Source: Yuukianura sp. NJ FZ-2021
Lineage: Eukaryota
DNA length: 64,000 bases
Assembly: GCA_046563655.1 (NCBI GenBank)
Contig: CM102290.1
Location: 9,176,001 to 9,240,000 of the forward strand
Direction of reading: 5' to 3'
Positions 41,501-56,500 of the stretch are shown in pieces. Position 1 is the stretch's first letter. Every line of letters starts with the position of its first letter. The notes beneath the pieces are model-generated. The model was not told where the DNA came from. It saw only the letters and a program-made list of their open reading frames with translations, and made no database searches. Both the position numbers and the translations under genes were made by a program.

Positions 41501-44500
41501 GTAACAGCTCACCCCCGCCATCAATGACCTTGACCTCAGAATACCCACCTTCTGAAGGAGACGAGATGTCGAGTGGATCCGACAGCGGCACGAGAATCAA
41601 TCACTTCACAGTGCTTCCCTCGGGGCAACCCGTGTCTATCCGTGTGACCTATGGGCCGTTCAGCACAAAACAAACTGTTCCAGTACGCCTGCTTGTTCCG
41701 GACTTGATCGATGCAGAATTGATGACAAATGGGACAGCGACGGGTAGCGGAGATACAGCGGAGATGATTCCTCCGCTGGACCTCAGTGCACATTTAGTCA
41801 CACCTACGATTCCCAAGGACACGCCGATTCTGCGCGTGTTGTTCCACGCAGGTCAAACGGCCTTTGGCCTTCCTATGACATCATCTGGTGGGAGTGGGGC
41901 ACGGGCCCAAAGGCCACAAGCGCAGGTAAGTTTTATTCAAGAGAATACAAAAACTTCATAAACCAAAATTTTTTAGACTTTACTACTGGGGTTACAACGT
42001 TTTGTTCGTTCTGGATCACAAGTTTGCGTGACCTAACCATTATGAAATGTGGTGTAATTTTTTTATGTGGATTTTATTTATTACATTTTATTATTTTATT
42101 ATTCTTTATTATATCATATTTTTTTAGGGGTCATTTAATGGAAGAAGGCATCGGACGCGTCTGTGCCTGGTTGCGCAGGCGACAAAGAGTCAAGGCGACA
42201 CGGTGACGTCAAGCTGCAGTCCGGACGCACGCGACTCAACATGCTTAGCAGAACTGACGCTGCCAATTCACTGGTGGCCCGATGGTGGATTCGTATCCAC
42301 AGAAGAAACTACCCCACCAGTGAAACCCACGAAAATACCAATTCAGGTGAGGCCCACCAAACCATAATAAATAGTATTGCCCGATTGGCTGTTATTAGAT
42401 TTCTAATTGGTTCATCACTTAATGTTATCTACCGTCTGATTGGTTCATCGCTTGTTATATGTTGTCTGATTGGTTGTTTCGTTTTAAGGTGTCCTACTCT
42501 GTGTATGAACCAGAGAATGGTCATTGTAATGAAATCGGGATGTCAACTACCTATGGGTACGGAATCCCTGGAGAGGGAAGTGGCACCAAACGAATTCAAA
42601 TTCAGCCACCAACGCCCATTGCTGGCGCCATTTTGATTAATGCCCAAAAGTCCTTTCGGATCGTAAAGGCAGATGCAAGTGAGGCTGTGAAGTTACTTGT
42701 TCCGCAGGGGGCGCTTTATCCCCATGCAAAATTCTACGTGCCAGTTACAGTTGGGAAGCATGAACATCATTCCATCGTAGCCTTCATCATGAGGTGAGTA
42801 ATTGTTAGACAAATTGCACAAACACTGAACAACATGTGTATTCGAAAGTTGAAAACGCACATTTAAGTGAGTGGCTAAAGCACAAAAACGTTTGGAAAAC
42901 GACACTGCGTGAAACATGTACTTTGGCAAAACTTTTGGATTGAAATGTTTAAAGAAATGCGGAAAAGTTTTTCGTTTAAAATGCGCTGGAAAAAAAATTT
43001 GAATTAGAAAAGGCGGAATTTTTAATTTAAACGCCATCACGGTACCTCCCACAGTGTGACACTTTGTAAATGTCAGTCACTTTTTTGAATAATCACAGTT
43101 GACTACATTCACAAGTCCAAAAGCTCGACAGTTCAAAAGGTTGCCAATTTCAGACTAAAGGTCAGCAAAGGTTGACATTAGAGCAAGTAAAAATGTACAG
43201 AGTAGTTCAATGTTTTCGTGTACCTTACATTTTGTCTCCTCAAAAGCTTTTTTTGAAAAATTTAAAATCAATTTAGCAAAAAAAAATGTTGGCACGCATC
43301 ATGTTTATTTTGTCTCCTTACTTTTAAGTTTTTTGTACTGTACAAAAACGTTTTTGTTTTTGCTCTTGGTAAAGTTTTGTAAATCCCGAAGCATCTTGTT
43401 CTATAAAAAAAGTTTGAGTTGTTTGAACACATGGGACAAAATGGTTTTGGACTTAAATCGGCACTTGGACTAACTTGAATAAATAAATCATTGAAGTTTA
43501 TGAAAGTGTTGAACTTTTTCGAAATTGAAATTTTCAAAACGAAAGTGTTAAACTTTACCTCAATTCCAAATTCTTTTTTTAAAATCTCTTTTCGTTTCTA
43601 GTGTTTGATTTGTCTCTGTCAGTTCCACTTTCTTTTTCAATTTCTATCAGTTTTACTTTCCCTACAAACTCCGACAATCAACTACTGTACGTACAATTGG
43701 CAAAACTTTTCCACCAAATTACACGGCCTTTCAAAATTGTGAAAAAAAAATGAAAAAATTTAAGATTAAGTAAATGCAAAAAAAAATTTTTTTGAAAGAA
43801 TGTTTTTCGACGGCAATTGCAATTTGTACAGTTAGAACAGTTGAAGTTTGGCGATTGGAGGGTGACGAAGCGGCAATAATTGATGGGAGTGGTTACAAAG
43901 CTTTTCGTGAGCGCGGGAAAATTCAAATTCCCTTTTCAGTTTTAATTTGCGGTGGAAATGTTTAAACAAAAACGAAAGGCTTTCCGCCTCTCCAAGTCCC
44001 CAGTCAGCCATTGAGGCTAAGTAAATACTTTTAGGCTTAGCATTTATTGTCACTATTGTCTCCCTTCAGTTTACAAATGACAACTAAAAAAGAAAAAAAA
44101 AGTTGCAGTAAACGCGTTCAAAATTGACGGTGAACAAATTTTGATTTTTTTAATAGAAAGTACATACCAATTGCGATGACAACTTTTTACAATGCGGCTA
44201 CTGCGCTGTCAAGCCCGCTCACCTAAATATTATGATGCTTTCTTCAATAAATTCAAAAGAAGATATATCTTTGACTTGCTTTTTGAATTTGGAAATTTGA
44301 AAAGTTCTTTTTCAAAGTGGGGGTAAAAAAAGTAATAAAATTTTCAGGTTTGTTGTGAGACAGGTGCCAAACGCAGTTGAAGTTGAGTTTTACGCCATCA
44401 ATTTTTATACATTAGAGTTATTTCAGAGTAAAGAAGAGCCACCACTTTGACAGTCCAACCACGTTGCGCGGGGAAAACAAACTTTGTTTTTTTAGCTTTC

Positions 44501-47500
44501 AGTTTAAGATCCTCTTCAAAAAATGAAATTTTGAAAGATGACAATGAAAAGGGGAACAAGGGTGACACGTTCTGGACAGAATACAAAGCAATAAAAAAAG
44601 AAAGAGAAAAGTTCGCCGCATCAATTTCATATCGTCCCACTTTTTTGAAGTTTTTGTAAAAAGAGTGGCGGCGGAAAAATCTTCTCCTATATACAGAAAA
44701 AAAATTGCCATTACTGCTGCAATGTTCTTTCCCCGCCGTTTAAAGAAAGCGCGTACAACTCTCCTCTTTATGCCAACTTCCTCCTTCGCCATCCCAAACT
44801 GCATAAAAATATTTGATGGATTTGGAGGGTTGTTGTCAGCACGCGCCTAATGGACTTTCAGTCATTTTCATTTTAAAAAAGGCAAGTTAAGCTCCAACTT
44901 TAAGAGAACCGATAAATAACGCAGTTGGCCTTCACGCCAACTTTCAAAACAACTTTTATTGTAAGTTCGTAGTCCGAAATTGGCATTCCGTCCCTTATTT
45001 CTTCGGTCCTCGGACGTCGTCGCCAGTGACATTTTAACTTTCACTTCACGTGTGCTCCCCTTTGCTGCAAAACTTTTTTTGTACGCAACTTCACAACTTT
45101 TTGTGGTGTTTTTCGAGCACTGCTCGAATTCGCTTCTTCGTTTGGCCAAAAGTAGATACGGACAAGATCAAAGGAAAAGGCTTAGAGATGAGCTCGTCAA
45201 GCCAAAAGCATTTTCAGGAACAAGAGACATCTTCCGTATAATAATTGTGAGGCCCTTATAAAGGGCTCCTATCCTAAGCCTAACCTAAAACTACCCTAAC
45301 CGAACTCTAGCCTAACCTAGCCGAACCGCTCCGGTGGAACAAAGACAGAATTATGGATATGAAGGATTTTGTTCTCGGAGGGGATCAGGAAAGAAACATA
45401 AGAATGGAGATGAAAGTGAAGTCCTTAGAAACAAGTTGTCGCGGATTGATCCGCCTTTCCGACGAAAAGTGAGACACAAGCCAATGTCATTGTCCTATTA
45501 ATCATGTGCTCAAACGGCAAACTGATCCAGTAGTAATAGTCGTCCTTAACGTTTCTTATTTACAACAAATGGGCAGGCTGACATGATGTCAACTTTGTCA
45601 GGGATTTAAGTTACTCCGCGAAAGCCTTGAAGGCAGCGACACCCATTTTTTCGAAGAAAAATAAAATCATGAAAAAGTTGTTACAGACTGCCGAAACAGA
45701 GGGTTGTCGTAAACAATATTCCTTGTACCCCCTCCCTCCGCTTCCCCCCTTTTTTGCGGTATGGTATATTTTATGTTCAATCGTCAATCAGGTTACAATC
45801 AACATTTACCGAGTTTACGTAAGCCACATACTGGATTCGCAACTTCAACCTTCGAGTTATAACTGCAAAAACATTTCCTGATTTCGGGATTTAGTTTTCA
45901 TAAAACTCTGAGAAAAAAACGAGTTCGTAAGAACAAAAGAACGAGTTCCGGTACTGGATGGATTTTACGTAATTTCTAAAGGCGCTCCGATATTGACAAC
46001 ATCTCTAATCGGAATACAACCTCACGTGTATACATTGAAAACGAAAACAGTTAAAAAAACACTTTGAAATGTGTTTTATAATTTAAGTAGTAGTTATTAG
46101 TAAATTAGCAGAAGAAAGTAGAATGTTGGATTTCAAAAAAGTTTACTTTCCCGTAAAGTTTTTGATTAATTGAACTTCTGATTTTTGTTCTAAAACTTCT
46201 TTTTTCCTTTAAACAAAAGCATAAAAGTTTTGAAAAAGAAAATGAAAGCGCGGACGGTTGTGAAAGATCTTTCATATCTCTTGACTCGAAAACTTTGTCA
46301 TTTTCTTAAAAAAATGTAAAAAACTTATGAAAGGAAAAAGTTTTTCAAAAATTTTGAAGAAGTTGTTTGAAAACGTTCATCCGTTGGTGCTGTAAAAAAA
46401 AGTGCAGGTTTACGGATTCCAAAAACTCCTGCCCTCAACATGCCCTTAATCTAGAGTTAATTGGATGCAAAGTAAATGCTAAAGTACTAAACATGAACAA
46501 CTTTTTTAAACGAATTTTTTTTCTAAAGAAAATTTTTTCTTAAACTCCAAATTTTTCAAAAACTTATTTTGCGGTAGTAACCTCTGGCCTTTTTCTGTCT
46601 CCCACCGCCCCACTTTCACTTTCCTAATTGAACTAGTATCTGCTTTCTTCTGAGACACCGGAAGCTGTCACAGACGAACCAATTTCCGGTCGTTTTCCTT
46701 TTTTTTTTTTTCTAAAAAAGGTATACTCATACTGGAACAAATTTTTTTAGAAAATGGAACAAGAGTACTATCAGGTTTTTTGACGCGCATCCTGCAGGGT
46801 GCGGCACAGTTCTCACGCCTCAATTTCTAAATTTTCGATTGGTGAAATTTTGTTTTATCTGAAAAACTGTTGAGTGGAATCAATAACTTTTTTCTGTTGT
46901 GTACCAATCAAGTGTTCATTTTTCTGCCGTGCTGAATTTCCAAAACGGCGCTAAGTTTGAATTTATTTTGAGTGGGAAAAAAATGGCGGCAAACGAGTCA
47001 TTAGGCTGTGCTTAACGCCATTCATTTGAAGTTGTTTGAACAGCAGCTCCATAACGGTTCTACACATAGCCTAACTAAAAGGCTGAGCAGTTAGTGTCAC
47101 GCTTTATGAACATAATCTACTGTTCGTAATCAACGCGCCAAAAGTCCAAGGAGCGCCGAACAGCAGCAGCGTCGTGCTTTAGAGTTCACAATGTCTGCAT
47201 TTTGTAAAGACTCGGAGAGGACGGCGCTAATTACAGTTTTGTCCCATTATCACTCGGGTTATTAGCACAGAAGAAAAGACCTCGCCTGTTTGAACAAGTT
47301 TGGAACAAGTTTTCCAAAACAAAACGAAATTCAGAATTAGTTCTTTGGAAATACATTGTTACAAAATACTTCTTGTTTTTTTACTTTTGTTGTACACAAA
47401 TTCAAATGTTTTGGCCCACGACGGTGTACTACTGTTTTTACAAATTTTGTTCCTATTTGTCATTTTGGAGCTGAAGAAGTTCGGAGCATCTGAAATATTC

Positions 47501-50500
47501 AGTTTACCATATAATATGAGTATCAATTAAAGACATACTCAATGTATTATGATACCACATGCCATACGTGTTTATGTAGGTATAGCATGTAACTATGCAA
47601 AATATGTAAGTATTATAATATAATGTAATATAATTCATTTACATATTTTTAGAGCACGAGTCAAGAGTGGAATTCGAATAATCGGTATCGAGCCGAACGT
47701 TGACAAAATGTGGAACATCACAACAGATTTTAACCCACGCAGAACTCATGCAACCATCACGGCCGTTCGAACTTTTGACCCCAGGTTTCAAGAAGAAAAA
47801 CCGTAAGTGACCTTTCGCCTTCCCCGTTGTTTCGATTAGTATTGTGATTTTTTCAAATCTTATTTTTTCATAAACATGGAAATGACGGTTTCTGCATTTC
47901 AGCTAGAGAGAAATTGGCTACGGATAAAAATTGATTTTGGAAAAACGATCCATTAATCTGTTTCAGGGAGCATGAGTGTGGTGCTTAGGGGTCGGAATCC
48001 GGATTTTGGCTCCGGATTCAAATCCGGATTTTTGACGGATTCGGATTATCCAAAATCCGGATTTTTAAATACTGAAATCCGGATTTCTACGGATTTCAAG
48101 AGCTATTCGAGGGCATGTGCGGTATCAAAAAAAATAGCCAACCTCAGATTTACTCAATTTCAGGGTTCGTAAAATACCATATTTTGTATTGTTGTACCAA
48201 TGTTGTGCCAATGTTGTGCTAATGTTGTGCCAATGTTGTGCTAATGTTGTGCTAATGTTGTGCCAATGTTGTGCTAATGTTGTGCTAATGTTGTGCTAAT
48301 GTTGTACCAATGTTGTGCTAATGTTATGCCAATGTTGTGGCAATGTTGTGCTAATGTTGTGCTAATGTTGTGCCAATGTTGTAATGTTGTGCTAATGTTG
48401 TGCCAATGTTGTGCTAATGTTGTGCTAATGTTGTGCTAATGTTGTGCTAATGTTGTGCCAATGTTGTAATGTTGTGCCAATGTTGTGCTAATGTTGTGCT
48501 AATATTGTGCTAATGTTGTGCCAATGTTGTGCTAATGTTGTGCCAATGTTGTGCTAATATTGTGCTAATGTTGTGCCAATGTTGTGCTAATGTTGTGCCA
48601 ATGTTGTGCTAATGTTGTAATGTTGTGCTAATGTTGTGCCAATGTTGTGCTAATGTTGTGCTAATGTTGTGCTAATGTTGTGCTAATGTTGTGCTAATGT
48701 TGTGCCAATGTTGTAATGTTGTGCCAATGTTGTGCTAATGTTGTGCTAATATTGTGCTAATGTTGTGCCAATGTTGTGCTAATGTTGTGCCAATGTTGTG
48801 CTAATATTGTGCTAATGTTGTGCCAATGTTGTGCTAATGTTGTGCCAATGTTGTGCTAATGTTGTGCCAATGTTGTGCCAATGTTGTGCTAATGTTGTGC
48901 CAATGTTGTGCCAATGTTTCATTTTTTTTCAACACTAGTAATTTGATTCAAAAAATAAACACGCCGAATTTATCATCAAGGTTTTAGCTACGAGTGTTTC
49001 CAACCTGCAATTCCGACAGCTTAAATCAATTTTGAATTTCTTATGGGAGTTAACACAGAAATTGAAATCCGGAAATCCGTCAAAATCCGAAATCCGGATT
49101 TTAAGAAACCCGTTCCGGATTCCGACCCCTAGTGGTGCTGGAGTGTTTTTTTTTTAAAGTTGAAATTAAGAAAATTGCTTTTCCTTAACCGCCACCAACC
49201 GCGAACATTTGAGAATGTAGGGACACGAAAACCTGCAGGAACGAAATTTGTTTCCCTGGTAACAACTAAAACCTTTTGGTTGAATAGTTCGAACTTGATG
49301 CAAAACTCTCATTTTGGTATTTTTCGTGAAACCATTCCCCCTCCCCCATTTACGAAAATAAACAAAAACCTACTTTTGAGGTGTGCGGGTTTTTGTGCCT
49401 CTCATGGTATATGTTCCAGAACTGGATCATAAATTAGTTCATTGATTTTCGAGAAAAAAAAACGAGAAGGCAGTTATAGATATGAAATTTTTTCATAAGC
49501 ACAACAGGGGAGCAGCATAAAGTTATTAGTTTTTAGGAATTTAGTTTAAGACGGAACATGGAACACTTACGTTTTGAGGACCTCCAATTGCCCAAATTCT
49601 ACATTCTCAAGGCTCTCCAAAAAAGGCTCTCCACATTCTACATTCTCAAGAGGTTTTCTAATTTGGCGCAAACTCTACAAGCCAATACGCTGTCGTATCC
49701 ATACGCAAATTTACATTAGTAAGAAACTAAAATAGTTTTCCAGAATAGCAGCATCCTCTTTTCCTCTTCTTTGATTTTTTTTTCGTATAGGCGTCTGCTG
49801 GTCTAAAAAAAAAGATTATGTTAGGCTGTTATGATATGCTGTATTACATAATTCTACGCTATTTTACATTATGTTACCGTATGTTGCCCTATACCATGCT
49901 GTGTTACATTACATTGCCCTACACTGTATTATATTATGCAACACTGCAATATTGATACATTCTTGTTTTGGTTTGCTAATGCTATATGTTAGCTACGTAT
50001 GCTGTATTAAGTTAGGCGTTAGTGTTTAGTGTTTTGGTGTTCTGGGGTAGTTATGTTAGGTAAGCGTTTTGTGCCATGTAGGAGATGGATGGGTTATGAA
50101 ATTTGGGGCTCTGTGCCAAGGCGGAAAGTTCAAATTACTTTTTGTCTTGATTCGATGAAAGGAACTTTCTTGGGAAGCAGGAAGGCTTTAGTTTCAATTC
50201 ATTAGGAAAGAAAGCGGGAAATGACGGAAACGTCAGACGGAAAAGCTATCAGGTTCGAACTTTTCAGCGATCTGCGCAGCGCTGCTCCACAGACGCATCA
50301 GACATGCCTAATGACATGGATTATATTTCTCAGGTTCCATGGCAACGCGGAACAGAGCCACAGACAGACGATCCGATCCATCATTCCCATCATCCCAGTT
50401 TTTTAAACACGATCCACTGTTCGCATTTTCGTTGTGGGAAACACAATTGTTCAAATCGAATCATCGTATTTTCAGAATTCCAAGTTCTCCCGCTCTTTTG

Positions 50501-53500
50501 CTTCTCTCTTCAAGCAATAATCATAACCTTTGAAATATTTCTTAATGGGCATTCTTTCCTCCGCCATATTTCAGGTCCTAGACAATGAACCAAAGACCAT
50601 CAGGTTATTTCCAGAGCTGGGAAACACAATGCCCGAAACCCCCACCCACCCTCATGCATGCTTTTGCGTGACATTACATGGGGGCGGGGCAAAAACTATT
50701 GTAGTTCCACCAATCCCCCCACCCCCATCACCACAAAACTTCTCTGGGAGTGGGAACATATTTTCGAAAATTCCCGCTTCCAAACGTTCCCCAACGGACC
50801 TCTAATTTCTTATAGTATTTTCTCCATTTCATCTCATACTTCGTTTCGAACTTCTACTGGCGTCCAAAACTACAATTTTCGACAAAGATATGTATACTCT
50901 AACCTAACCTGACCCCGTACTCTACTACGAACAACTTACTATAAGTACTATAATTCGTACTATAAAATATTACAGCTTATAGTCCGGCTTCAATCAACTC
51001 TCAGAAGTCAATCAGCTCTAAAAAGCATATAAGACCAAAAATAAGACCTATAAGAGTTCATTGACCTTTTGAAAAATTCTTTACCACCAAAAGTCTTAAG
51101 AATGAAAATGAAGTTACAAACTCTTTTGATCTCTGTACGCTTAGCTTCAAAAATTCAAGCTGAGTGAAGTATTTTGATTCAAGGACCAGCAGTGCTGGAT
51201 TTGCAAAATGCCATGCGCGGAAGAGAAATGCAAGCCGAATGCCCATTCAAGCATTTTTTGAGAAGACTGAACTGCAAAATGTGCAACTACATGCATAGCA
51301 ATGGCGCGTTACTTACGAACGATTAAAATTTATTGAATTATTATCATCAATTCAAAAATTAATTTATGAATACAGTTATTTTCGTTGTAAAAGAATTTGT
51401 AAACAGCAATTCAATAACAAGTACTAAAGTTTTCCTTCAAATTTTTTGGTAAGGGCGGTATATCAATGCATCCAAATTTCAGTTTTAGATCTTTCTTCGT
51501 ACTACTGTAGTTAACCAAAATGAAATTTTATTTCCTTGAGATAAATTTTTTACGAAAAATTTGAAACCATGATTGATTGCCCTCTGCTCATCGTTTTTTT
51601 TTTCTGGTGACTTGGATTGATGTGGAGTATTCACAGCTCCTTCATCGCCTTTCTCTTGCATTTGAACTTTCGTATTCAAATCACTCTCCGCATCGACAGA
51701 GTCTATCTGCAGAATGTCAATTTTTCTTTGGAAAGGCCTGCAAGATTGTACAGGACCTGCAGAAGTAAGTTGCAAAAGAGCTAGAGTTAAGGGCCCATGA
51801 TTTATTGAGACCATTTCCCAAAGTCTTGTCGTCGTGTCTCTCTTATTTATGTCTTTTATCGTTGCATTATAAAAGTTGTCATCATTACCTTGTAAGACTC
51901 TGCACTTTCATGGCACTCCAGATCCAGTCAACAGGAGTGGGCAACGTGGGCACTTTTTATTTTTCGAAAAATGAAACCTTGGATTTTCAAAATTTTTCTA
52001 AAAGATAAAGACACGGGGGCAGAAATTTCTCAATCAGGCTTTTACGAATTTTTGTTCATGTGTGCATGAGTTAATGAATTAAAAACGCGGCTAATACAAT
52101 GTGTAATTAATAGATATACTAGAAATATATTTATAGTATAATATATAGTGAAACAGAACAAAAAGATGCAGTGTGAGTAATAATGAATTACTTGATATGA
52201 ACGAGAGTAAAAGTTGTGCAGTGTGCAGAGGGTCACAGAATACGGTTGTGCCCATGCGTGCAGTCACACCCACACCGAACCTGTCCATTGCCACTTAAGA
52301 TCTCATCGACTCACTGAAACTGTAATTTCTGCAGTTGGAAATGATCATTTACATCTCAGTTGTGAAATTGTACAAGTGTCAACTTACGCCTACGTCCTTA
52401 ATACTTTCTTCAATAAAAAGTATGCACTAAGTGTGCACTAAATCTTAGTAACAACTAACTTCAAAAGCGTCAAGTACAACCTTGCTTTAACTAAATTTGA
52501 GCCTGTTTTACTGTTTTTTAGAAATGGAGAAGAGGTTTTTAATTGGATTTTGGAGGCGACTGAGGAGGGTGGGGATGACTGGGATGGTGGCCGTGTCGTT
52601 TGGATTCTGCGTTATGTCACCCAGCCATCAGCCGACACTTCATGGATGAAGAAGGATCCATTCGCTAACTTTGGAGACGAGAGACACAAGTTGACTACAA
52701 GACTCGAAGTTCAGAAAGATGATATTCAAGCAGTACTGCCCATTGCAAAGGTGCGAATTTAAATTTTAGAGCCTTTTAGCGTATTTGGCCCGAAAATGCA
52801 AAGCTCAACCCGTCCCTAGAACACTGGCCAAAAACGCAAAAAAAAAACAAAAGTACTAACTAGTATCGGCCCAGACGGACAAAAGTTCATGATTTGCTGC
52901 CAGTGCGCGCATTAAGCACAAACGCGCGAAAAGTATGCAAAAATCCGAAGTGAAAAACACCGGGAGTGGCCATAAAAAACGAAACCAAAAATTTTCCAAT
53001 ATTTAAACTTCAGTTTGCAGAAACATCAAAAACAAATCAAAAATAGAAGTTATTAGCTGACCTAAAAATATAAAAATTTTTATTTTTAGAGAATCTTCAA
53101 AAAATTTTCTTAAGAAAACCGTTTTTGTAAACAAAGTAAATTTTTTAGTGTGCAGGAACTCCAACATGGAAACTGTGAGAATAAATCTTAAAATGGAGAG
53201 AAGTGTTGTTGGACAGGATGAAGAAAAAACGGGAATGCGAGGAAAGCTAAATTTTGTTTATGATTCTTTTGCCAAAAAAGTGAAAAATTGGAAATGGTTT
53301 GAGTCTTTCTTCCACCATGAACCCAACATGACTTAACCTGAATGAAGTGCTTATATTTTACAACTTTTATGTATAACACGCTTATCGCGCCTGCGCCTTT
53401 CGTGCTCGCTCCCTTTCCCCGTTTTTTTTACTGTTTCTGTTTTTGGTTGTTGGCGAAAGTATTTTGGTGGAATTAACACGCTTTGGATCCATAAATCACT

Positions 53501-56500
53501 TTTTCTGTTGTGTATTTTTTCTTTTTTTTTTCTTTTTTAAATGATATATCAAACAAAAGCGGAATGTTCCAGATCACCGTTTTAGTGCAACACTCAACAT
53601 CAACTTACCTTTTCTGAAAAATATAAACTTAAAAAAAAACCTTGTTTTCAGATTTCCCAAGAAAATCTTCTATTTTTCCAACTGTTTTTCAACTCTCATC
53701 TCCACAACACTACTGTTTTCTTTTTAAACAAAACCCGACTTTTTCATTTTTGCTGAGAATCAAAAGGTGGAAGAAAGCTGTGAAAAGGAAGCACAAAATT
53801 TGAAGGGAATTTGAAATTTTTTAGACATCAAAATTTAGAGTGCACGGCTTTCCTTGTTTTGCTAAATATCAATCGTACTTTTCAAAATTTTCCATTTCGG
53901 AGTAAAAACATCTGTCGCCGTGTGTGTTTTTTTTTTGAATATGAAAAAGCAACACTTACTACGAGAATTTATGGGTCCATGGATACACAGGATGCGGGTG
54001 AGCTGTTGGTGAACCATGAAATGTTACACAGAGTTGCAAGTAGGTGGAAACTTTGGCAACATTCAAATTTGACAATTTTAAATCCCTCCAAACATACACA
54101 TTTCCAAATTTTCCGAATTTTGATTTCACATTCACTCATTTCAAAATTTGGTTTCTCTGCTATTAAAAGAAATGAGCAGAAAAATAAGTCACCGATTTAA
54201 ATTAGCTGAGGAAAAATAAATTCTTTTTTTTTTATAGAAAAAGAAATATCGGTTTTCTTATCAAAATGTAATCATAATAACTTTCAAAATTTAAACTCTA
54301 ACCGTTAGATTAAATCAATTTTTTTTAAATTTACTTTTTCTGTGTAAGATTTGAACGTTGGGATTTGGCGGAATTCGGAGTTGTGAAAACGGAGGACATG
54401 GTGGTGCGACCTACTGAAGCTGACATAAAGTCTTTTGCTCCGCTACACTTTACGAAATTTCAAAACGTAAAAAAAAACAACGCGCAGAATACAAAAGATT
54501 TGGGATGCGAGGGTGCGGAATACAAAAGGTTTGAGGTGCGGTGTGGCTCATTTTTTTCGTTTTTGTTTCCTTCCGAACCGGAATGTGATTTGTGCATTGT
54601 GCTTTCAAATACTTAAAGTTTCCCACCATCTAAATTTCCCTACAGAGACCATAAATCTACTGCTAGCTGTTGTTCCTTTTTAAGACCGCGCAAATTCAAA
54701 ATCATTTTTGGCTTTTCCCGCCTCTGCGGTTCGACCAACTTAAATCTAGCCTAAACCTAACCTTACAAACACATAGCGAAAGTGGAGCTTTCACTTCCAG
54801 TCTCCCGAGACAAAAGTCCGTTGTCGGAAACAAATGTACAAAGGCTGTTGTTTCCAAATCCTATTAGTAGCTTTCTTTTCAAAAACCAAATTTGGAAAAG
54901 GAAAATTTCAAAATTTTGAAACGAGGAGGATTTGGGGTTTTGGGATCATGACTTTGAAGCTGATATATCGAGGTCAAAGGTTACATGATCGATCGCGTGT
55001 CCAGTCCACTTAGACTCAAGCATTCTATTTTCGAGCCAAATTCAAAAGTTTTTACCACCGCGAAACTGTCGTGACGTTGAGTAGCGTGACAACCAGAGTT
55101 GCTACGGTGTTAAATTTTTTTTTCGTGCCCAATTTTGTAAACGGCGCCACGCCGCGGCCTTGTTGTTTTTTTTTTTGATAACTTTGTTCCCGCTGTGCAA
55201 ACAAAAATAAAAGTTGTGACTCTCCAGGGCGGTGGTTTGGTCAGCTTCCTGACACACTTTGCGAACAAAGCACAAAAACGACGAGAGAGTCTGCATTAAA
55301 TTAAATTTTGATGAAAAAAAGAGAACGCGAGTTTTTCAAATTTTGGCAAAAATTGACATTGATTTTGATGTTTTTCATACAGAGTTGGGAGGTTGTGAAC
55401 ACGGCTGTGTTGGACGGAAAACAAGTTTCGCGCCCTATGAAGGTTTTCATTGTGAGCAGAGCTGGGCAAGTGGCTGATGTGACGCTGCAAGCATCTTGTC
55501 GATCGCTGGACGAAAGCGTTTTGAAGGTAAGCGACCACCAGCGCAGTAGTTCTGTTGTTACCTGATGTGACCTCAAGTCAAACCGCGAATGGGTCCTTGA
55601 AAAGCGAGGGAAAAGTTTTTTGTTAGTTTTTAATTAAAAGTTTGTCTTTTTGGCGGGGCTGACTTTGAAATTCAAAAGTTAGAAATTCTGGAGTCACTTT
55701 CCTACTTGTTTTCTCAGTCATCTCGGCGTCCTCAAAACTGTCCAAAATAAATCATGTTGTCATTTGCCCTAAAAGGGAATGCTTTAGAACCCACAAAAGG
55801 ATTAATTAAACTCGACTTTTGAAAGCAGGAACTTAGAAGTATGTTCGCATTGTGTGCACATCTTGTGCACTCATAATGTCACCAAATATAATACCATTGC
55901 TGCATGTTAGAGCGTACGTACATAGTTGATCATACTGCTAAAAAGTGTCCGGAGTTGCGTGCATATGAACTGTTGTGCAGTGGATCAGTGACTTTCCGAA
56001 TGTATGTGCGGACTTTGACTCTGATGTGACTGTTGAAAACTCTCTTTTTGGTCCGTTGGCACTTTAAAGTCGTAAGATGATCCTATTTCTTGAGGATTTC
56101 CTGGAAGATTTTTCTGGAGTCTCTCCAGAGACTTCGGCTGGAGTAATAGGGTAGACGCATGACGTCAATAATAAATAAAGTTCTTGCTAGCCCAGAAGCT
56201 CTTGCCTTCAGGTTAGGATTCTCCAATACCATTTCTCTAGTAACTATCGACAAGTTAAACATCTAAAGCTAGACCAAATCACACCAAAGGTACAAGTAGG
56301 ACCCACTAGCGGCAGCTAGGCTAGATTTGGTTAAGCCTACAAGTCATATGACTGCAACTAGCGCTAGACTTTAGTTCGACGACCTTGTCGCAAGTAGTTG
56401 GACCAACTGCAAATAGTTTTGCTAGATTTAGTGTCAATCTGTTTGACCTGCTAGTCGCAGCAAACCTGGACTTAGCTACATATGCGACTCACACTTAAGC

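Noticed and set aside
45270..45330. Interstitial TTAGG telomeric repeat
   Set aside because: Only scattered degenerate CCTAA motifs, also seen at other repeat remnants; not a tandem array.
48189..48916. CRISPR-like array
   Set aside because: Contiguous 11-bp tandem units with no unique spacers, no cas genes, and a eukaryotic intronic context inside a hAT element.
51698..51764. Extra TMEM132 cassette exon
   Set aside because: A 63-nt phase-compatible candidate exists, but the acceptor is weak and the peptide has no family resemblance.
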